Source: Eledone cirrhosa (Eukaryota). From it: DNA of 64,000 bases. The stretch is from the NCBI GenBank assembly GCA_964016885.1, contig OZ024763.1, positions 6,572,001 through 6,636,000 of the forward strand, read 5' to 3'. Positions 56,489 to 64,000 of the stretch are shown in pieces. A program made the position numbers and the translations under genes. How positions within the stretch are numbered: position 1 is the stretch's first letter; each line of letters begins with the position of its first letter. Below the pieces are notes generated by a model. It was not told the origin of the DNA, did no database searches, and saw nothing but the letters and a program-made list of their open reading frames with translations.

Positions 56489-56696
56489 TAATAATAGTTT
56501 CAAATTTAGACAGAAGGTCAAACAATTTGAGGGGCTGGAGTGGGGGACGTTGATCACATTCACCCCAGTACTCCCCAGTACTTAATTAGTACTTAATTAG
56601 TACTTAATTTTAGCAACCCCCACCCCACACCGGATGGATGAAAGTCAAAGTTGACCTCGTTGGGATTTGAACTCACAAAACAGAATGTCGTAACTA

Positions 56697-56891
56697 CGAG
56701 ACTAGGCTGAAAAGTTTATAGGCCGACCATGAAGGAGTGATGCTAGAGCTGTGAAATCTTGCATGCCTTAATTTCAACTCTTCTTATTAATAACTGTCTA
56801 GATGCTTTACAAGGACTATGTTGTATAAACCTCATTTGGTCATTCCATGAGAGTATCTTGGTCAGCCTATGAACTTTTCAGCCGTCTCTCG
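56697..56891. mobile_element. Mariner-type MITE inserted at a TA inside a SINE A
   Basis: TA|CGAGACTAGGCTGAAAAGTTTATAGGCCGACCA ... TGGTCAGCCTATGAACTTTTCAGCCGTCTCTCG|TA. SINE sequence resumes on both sides. Confidence 0.8.
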
Positions 56892-57482
56892 TATATGCCA
56901 CAAGGCGTTTCGACCGACGCTCTACCGATTCTAGCCAAGTCCACCACCACATTCTAATATTAATTACAATAATTATTTCTAAAATTGACCAACACTTCGG
57001 TTGGGCTGGGGTGGGGCTGTGGGAGTCGATAATATTGATCCCACCCCCACCCCGGTCTTATAATTCATCGATTACGAAAAGGTGAAATGCGAAGTTGACC
57101 TCGACGGGGATTTCAACTTACAATGTTTGCTGACTGTGTTATAGTAACTATTGAATATAAAGGTGTGTGACATTGAACTATCAGCTGTGTAAGGTTGAAG
57201 GTCTATGTGTAGAGATGGGATGTGTATATATATATATATATATGTATGATTTTACATTCATTTAAATTATTGACGTATTGTTTTATTGATATTTTTTATC
57301 TGTTTGGCCCGAATCTTCCTTTATCGATTTTAAATCGTATGGTTGATTGTAGACTTGTTCTATATGTGACGGTATTTTAACGATAGTTATAGCTCTGATT
57401 CATCTGAATTATTGAGCCCTCTGCCGCTCATATCGAATTTCGTTTTTCGTGAACTCGTGCGCCGATTTTTCGATACTCGATC

Positions 57483-57536
<54 letters not shown>

Positions 57537-57782
57537 ATAATAATAAATTTATCGTTTATTAATGTTCTCTCTCTCTCTATATATATATGTATATGTATAT
57601 GTTTATAAATGTATAGACACACACGCACATATATATATATATTGTGTATGTATATATATATATGTATATATAAATGTATGTATGCGTATATATATATTTA
57701 AAAAAAAAATGTATATATATACATATGTGTGTATTTATATGTATGTATATGTATATATATATATATACATATATATAACTAC

Positions 57783-57810
<28 letters not shown>

Positions 57811-57813
<3 letters not shown>

Positions 57814-58032
57814 ATTCACAAAAATCAAATCTATGTTCAAAGCATATTTTCACTTACAATTGTTTCATCCAAACCTAGGCTTGGAATCTTCGGAGCATTT
57901 TTCAATGTTTGTACACATAATTGACCTCCTTTGTACATTGAAAAATGCTCCGAAGATTCCAAGCTTAGGTTTGGATGAAACAATTGTAAGTGAATAAATG
58001 CTTTGAACATAGCTTTGATTCTTGTGAATTCT
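57811..58032. repeat. 222-bp inverted repeat with an HHR-like motif in each arm
   Basis: Plus arm 57946-57992: TGCT CCGAAGA T-TCCAAGC-TTAG-GTTTGGA-T GAAA CAATTG TA AGTG. Mirror copy at 57851-57897. Confidence 0.88.
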
Positions 58033-58190
58033 ATATAACTGCTCTGTAGAACAACTGATGTTATTACATTGAGCTATTTATCTTACTGGTAATAAGGTAG
58101 TAATAGATTACTGACCTTCACTGTTTAGGGTTTAAAATATACATAACTATACAAAAGTTTTAATATATACATAACCATAAATAGTTTCCC

Positions 58191-58240
<50 letters not shown>

Positions 58241-58245
<5 letters not shown>

Positions 58246-58348
58246 GAGCTTCTACAGGACTGGAACTGTTTCATCCGTGAGAAATCATCAGGGAGCTCTG
58301 ATGATTTCTCACGAATGAAGCAGTTCTAGTCCCGTAGAAGCTCTTCTA
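58241..58348. ncRNA. Back-to-back palindromic pair of hammerheads (minus core intact 58246-58298, plus mutated 58293-58343)
   Basis: Minus: GAGCTCC CTGATGA TTTCTCACGGAT GAAA CAG..CTG TA GAAGCTC. The plus copy has GAAG and CCG substitutions. Confidence 0.8.
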
Positions 58349-58367
58349 TATTAAAACTTTTATACTC

Positions 58368-58438
<71 letters not shown>

Positions 58439-58927
58439 GGTTGTTTCTGGAAGTCTCTACAATATAGAGGGATAATTCTCCGAAATCAGCTGGTAGTAGG
58501 AAAAAAAAGGGATAAAGAGGAAGAGAGGAAATAAGAAAAAGAAATGTAAACTAAAGATAAAGTTACTTTGGAATCGATTTATTGGTCCCTGTATTTCGGA
58601 TGTACGATCCATCGTCAGCGAGGAGGGGTCATAGAAACTTGGGAGGTTTATCGGAGAGGAGTCGACGTGGCCGTGTGTTGTTAGCAGTGTCGATGAACTA
58701 CATAATATATATTTTAAATAATTTAATATAGTTTTTGTGTACCTATGACGACATGGTTGACACACATTGGAGACACACAACAACAACCTAGCCCTTCCTT
58801 CTACCCTCATCAGTCACCAAACCGGGTGGGAAGGACAGGGGCAAGTGGTGTGGGGGAGAGTGGTCATTCATGCGAAACTTAAATAAATCTTTTATGCCAT
58901 TCTATTAGTAACACTTTCAACATTTTC

Positions 58928-58987
<60 letters not shown>

Positions 58988-59114
58988 TACCCACACCCAC
59001 ACCCACACCCACACACACCAAATATATATATATATATATACATATATACACACACCCAAAAAGACCTAATCATAATTTGATATATACAAACACGAAAAAA
59101 AAATAATCGTAATT

Positions 59115-59206
<92 letters not shown>

Positions 59207-59468
59207 ATATATTTATATATATATACATACACACACAGGCACACACCTACATTACATACATACACACATGTACGCCCCCTCCCACCGCCACTCACATGGT
59301 GATCACGTTTTACATTAATCATTACTTCCTCCTAAAACATGTCAGTAAACTTCGATATAATTCGTTCATGCACCCCTGATCGATATCCTATTGTATTGAT
59401 TCCTGGGCAATGACTAACATTGACGACATTTTAGGATCTGGTCTCTCATGTCCCCAGTTCCTTTACCC

Positions 59469-59551
<83 letters not shown>

Positions 59552-59599
59552 TGTATGTATGTATGTATGTGTATGTATGTATGTATGTATATATATATG

Positions 59600-59635
<36 letters not shown>

Positions 59636-60113
59636 TATATGTATGTATGTATATATATATGTATAGATATATATATATATTTATATATATATATATATGT
59701 ATGTATGTCTATATATATATATGTATGTATGTATATATATATATATGTATATATATATGTATGTATATATGTATATATATGTATGTATGTATGTATATAT
59801 GTATATATATATGTATGTATATATGTATATATATGTATGTATGTATGTATATATATATGTATATGTATGTATGTATATATATATGTACGTATGTATATAT
59901 ATATATATATATATGTACGTATGTATATATATATATATATGTATGTATGTATATATATATATGTGTACGTATGTATATATATATATATATGTATGTATGT
60001 ATATATATATATGTATATGTATGTATATATATATATATGTACGTATGTATGTATATATATGTATATATATATATATGTATATGTATGTATATATATATAT
60101 GTACGTATGTATG

Positions 60114-60149
<36 letters not shown>

Positions 60150-60259
60150 TATATATATATAATGAGAGAGAGAGGAAGCTAAAAACCCTTCCTCGCTACC
60201 TACTCTACTTTTTTCCACGCATCGAGTATTCCCCTTATTTCTGATCATAGTACCGCAGA

Positions 60260-60372
<113 letters not shown>

Positions 60373-60536
60373 TACATATGTATTCTCCCGAATGAAACAG
60401 TTCTAGTCCTGCAGAAGCCATTTCTCTCTATATATAGATATTTAAAGGTTAAACAAGGTTCAATGAATAAATCAAAGAATGAGTTTTACAATAGATTGGA
60501 AGCACTCAACAACAAAATGGTTTTCCGGAGTTATTA

Positions 60537-60675
60537 ATATTAATTCAAAATATTAACAAAATAGATATTCTTGTGATCAAGTATATTTTATTATACATAT
60601 TTCAGAGGTACCTCTGAAATATGTATAATAAAATATACTTGATCACAAGAATATCTATTTTGTTAATATTTTGAA

Positions 60676-60682
<7 letters not shown>
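60537..60682. repeat. Perfect 146-bp palindrome centred on GGTACC
   Basis: No spacer. Inner arm TATTTTATTATACATATTTCAGAGGTACC matches the 3' half of the 17256 HHR. Confidence 0.92.
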
Positions 60683-60733
<51 letters not shown>

Positions 60734-60897
60734 TAGATAAATATACACGGGTGTGTATGATTGTGTATAGAAGATTATATTAATAAGAGGAATTCCAACT
60801 TTGTCTGATTTACTCGTTTTATTTACAATCCTTTAAAATTTATATAATGGTATTATAATGAAATAGTATGATAGAATATTAAATTCTAAGTGTTAAT

Positions 60898-60936
60898 TGA
60901 ACAAGTACTTTCATGCTTTCGCAATCTTCAGGTTCA
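60898..60936 (-). ncRNA. Minimal 39-nt type I hammerhead ribozyme
   Basis: rc: TGAAC CTGAAGA T-TGC-GAAA-GCA-T GAAA GTAC TT GTTCA. Perfect stem I, GNRA-capped stem II, palindromic GTAC, CUU triplet. Confidence 0.75.
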
Positions 60937-60972
60937 TATTGTGTGGTGACTGTCAAGTTTGCAATTTTCAAA

Positions 60973-61046
<74 letters not shown>

Positions 61047-61148
61047 TACATATAGTTATACTTCGACACACGATTTCATATCAAAAACCTCGCAAAACTA
61101 ATTCATCGCCGTTATATATATACCTTTCTATACCTTTCATTTATATAT

Positions 61149-61180
<32 letters not shown>

Positions 61181-61763
61181 GTGTGTGTGTGTGTGTGTAT
61201 GATTCATACGGAAAATACAAAATCCCCAGTCACCACCACCACCGCCAGCCACCATTTTACCCATCACCACCACCACCACCACCACTACAACCTCCACCAC
61301 CACCACCACCACCACCGCTACCACCACTACCACCACCACCGCTACCACCACCACCACCACCACCACGGCCACACCACCGCTACCACCACCACCACCACCA
61401 CCACCACCACCACCACCAACACCACTCAGAGAGGTGAACCGCACTTCAACCAGTTACAAGCCATCAACCCACACAGCCGGCTTGTTAATAGTTTTCTGTG
61501 TTTATACACACATACACACACACACACATACATACACACACACACATACATACACACACACACACATACATACACACATACATACACACACACACACATA
61601 CATACATACACACACACATACACATACATACATACACACACACATACATACACACACACATACACACACACACATACATACATACATACATACACACACA
61701 CATACACACACACATACACACACACACATACATACATACACACATACATACACATACACACAC

Positions 61764-61837
<74 letters not shown>

Positions 61838-61961
61838 ACACACAGTCCACACCAGAAGACAAACAAAAAACTGTTGTTGAAAGATAGGAAATTAAACTGA
61901 AATGAAATATAAAGATAGTTAATATCAAATATAAAGCACTCAACAATAGCAACAGTAGTCA

Positions 61962-62185
61962 TGGTTTCTACTCTAGGCCAGCAATTTGGGGGAGGGTGTG
62001 GAAGGAGAAAGTTGACCCAAGTGAATTACTGGTACTTTATTTTATCGACCCCGTAAGGGGGGAAGGTAAAGGTAACCTTGGCGGGATTTGAACTCAGAAC
62101 GTAAAGGGCCGTAACTCTATGCTGTAAACATGGCATCTGACGTCTACCAATTCTGGCAATCAACCGCCTTAATTGTAAAGATTAA

Positions 62186-62248
<63 letters not shown>

Positions 62249-62428
62249 GTGTGTGTGTCTGCCGTGCTGAGACCCCAGTACACTGCTGGTACTTTATTTT
62301 ATCGACCTCTGTAAGGATGAAGAGCAAAGATAACTTCGGTGGGACTTGAACTCAGAATATAAAGGGACGTAACTCTATGCTGTGAAGCATGTTGTCCGGC
62401 GCTCTACCGATGCTGCCAATCTACCGCC
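61962..62428 (-). mobile_element. Two SINE family A copies (61962-62170, 62272-62428)
   Basis: Core and tRNA-like head match the family. Confidence 0.8.
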
Positions 62429-62707
62429 CTAATAATAATAGTAAAATAACAACAGCAACCACAACAACAACAACAATAACAACAACCAGCAACAATAACA
62501 ACAACCAGCAACAATAACAACAAACAGCAACAATAACAACAACAACAATATCAACAACTAGCAACAACAACAATAACAGTGTATACAAAAACACAATAAC
62601 AGTCCACAACAGAGCCAGACCTTCACCAGCGGGGGCCCGAGACTATATGAAACCTGAGGCCCTTCTCTAAAGAAATTTATAATTAGTAGTTTTTATATTA
62701 ATATGAA

Positions 62708-62975
62708 ATTGGCAGAGGCGTTAGAGCGTCAGATAGAATGTTTTGTGGTATAGGTTCACTTCACGGATCTTTCTATTCTCGGTGTTCAAATCCCGCTCAG
62801 GTCAACTCTGCTTTTCATCAAGACATGGGTATCACCCCGAGGCCGTGGTATGTGATATTTACCCAATATATAACCACATTGGTTGAACTGAGTTCAAATC
62901 TTGCCGAGGTTAACTTTGCTTTTCATCCTTTCGAGGTTGATAAAAAAAAGAACCAGTCTAGTACTGGGGTCGTTT
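62708..62975 (+). mobile_element. Two partial SINE family A copies
   Basis: TGGCAGAGGCGTTAG..GTTCAAATCC and GAGTTCAAATCTTGCCGAGGTTAAC. Confidence 0.7.
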
Positions 62976-63548
62976 CTTCCTCTCTCTAGAAGAAATCTGC
63001 TGTACTCAGGCCTGCAGAGGGATCGGCTCCGTCAGGCTTAAAATGTCCAAGAAACGCTGTATGTCAATACGCTGTCCCTACGACTATATCAAGAGTTATG
63101 GGACCATATATCACAGCAGTGGTATAAGACAGGGGTATCACCCTGAGGCTGGGATAAGTGATATTTACCCAAGATATGACAGCAGTGGTGTAAGACAGAG
63201 GTATTACCGGAGGCCGTGGTAGACTTATCCAAGATACCACAGCAGTGGTATAGAACCTAGGACCTAGTGATAACCAAGCTAACCACGTAACTAAACTGTG
63301 TCCCCCGAATACAGCTGCTGTATCAACAGCTGAATTTTCGATTTGCACCTCGATAATTAGATTTACATAACGATAATTAACTCGGCAATTACATTGTAAT
63401 TACTTTGATAATTTAAATTAATGAACAGTACATATATCAGACAATAAATACTGTTAGTTATATTAACTGTTTTGGTAGCAAACTATGTGATAACATCTCC
63501 AGTTCCATGATACAACTCCCTGGTTCTCTTTCTCTATATATATGATAA

Positions 63549-63731
63549 TAATTGTTTCTACTTTAGGCACAAGGCCAGCAATTACCCCAGTGTATTACTG
63601 GTACTTTATTTTATCGACCCTGTAAGGATGAAAGGCAAAGTTAACCTCGGCGGGATTTGAACTCAGATCATAAAGGGCCGTAACTCTATGCTGCAAAGCA
63701 TGGCGTCCGACCCTCTACCGATACTGTCAAT
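63549..63731 (-). mobile_element. SINE family A, full length
   Basis: Close reverse complement of 12644-12841. Confidence 0.85.
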
Positions 63732-63734
63732 ATA

Positions 63735-63909
63735 ATAATACAAGGACGATTTGTTATGTCCTCCCTCATTACGTTTATTGATTGGTATATATATATATTC
63801 CAGAGTCAGGCCAGATCGATACAGATCGAACCTTGAGCTGATCAATAGCGAAACGCCTGTCACCAATCAATAAACGTAATGAAGGCATAACAAATCGTCC
63901 TTGTATTAT
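63735..63909. repeat. Inverted repeat (63735-63786 / 63862-63909) enclosing an HHR 3' half of the 24887 family
   Basis: Spacer ATTCCAGAGTCA..AGATCG..GAGCTGA..GAAA CGCCTG TC. The right arm begins immediately after the GTC triplet. Confidence 0.8.
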
Positions 63910-64000
63910 ATATATATAAGGGCGGTGCCCGAGCATGGCTTCAGCTGGATGGCTGGAACAGGTAAAAGAGTAAAAGAGTATATAAAATAATTGTTTCTAA

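Overview
Very AT-rich, microsatellite-saturated metazoan genomic DNA. The SINE and MITE families resemble octopus (cephalopod) repeats; this taxon assignment is from recall and is unverified. Only two host genes are supported: an intronless class A GPCR (1711-2865, minus) and tRNA-Pro(CGG) (8369-8440, minus). The rest is simple repeats, tRNA-derived SINEs, RTE/Tx1 LINE fragments, a Helitron end, MITEs and TE-derived satellites. Nearly all long ORFs in the track are microsatellite artefacts. The main hidden signal is about a dozen type I hammerhead ribozyme (HHR) motifs from several unrelated sequence families, on both strands, mostly in short islands bordered by (TA)n. Many have minimal palindromic stem III loops, and some have variant cores (U3-A8, C4, U-U at the base of stem II). 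About ten fold-back inverted repeats are centred on or contain these ribozymes, and a Penelope-like (Naiad-type) RT fragment lies inside a 1.9-kb inverted repeat. I infer a (TA)n-targeting, ribozyme-bearing Penelope-like retroelement system that leaves hairpin footprints. All RNA folds were done by eye and no activity is demonstrated.
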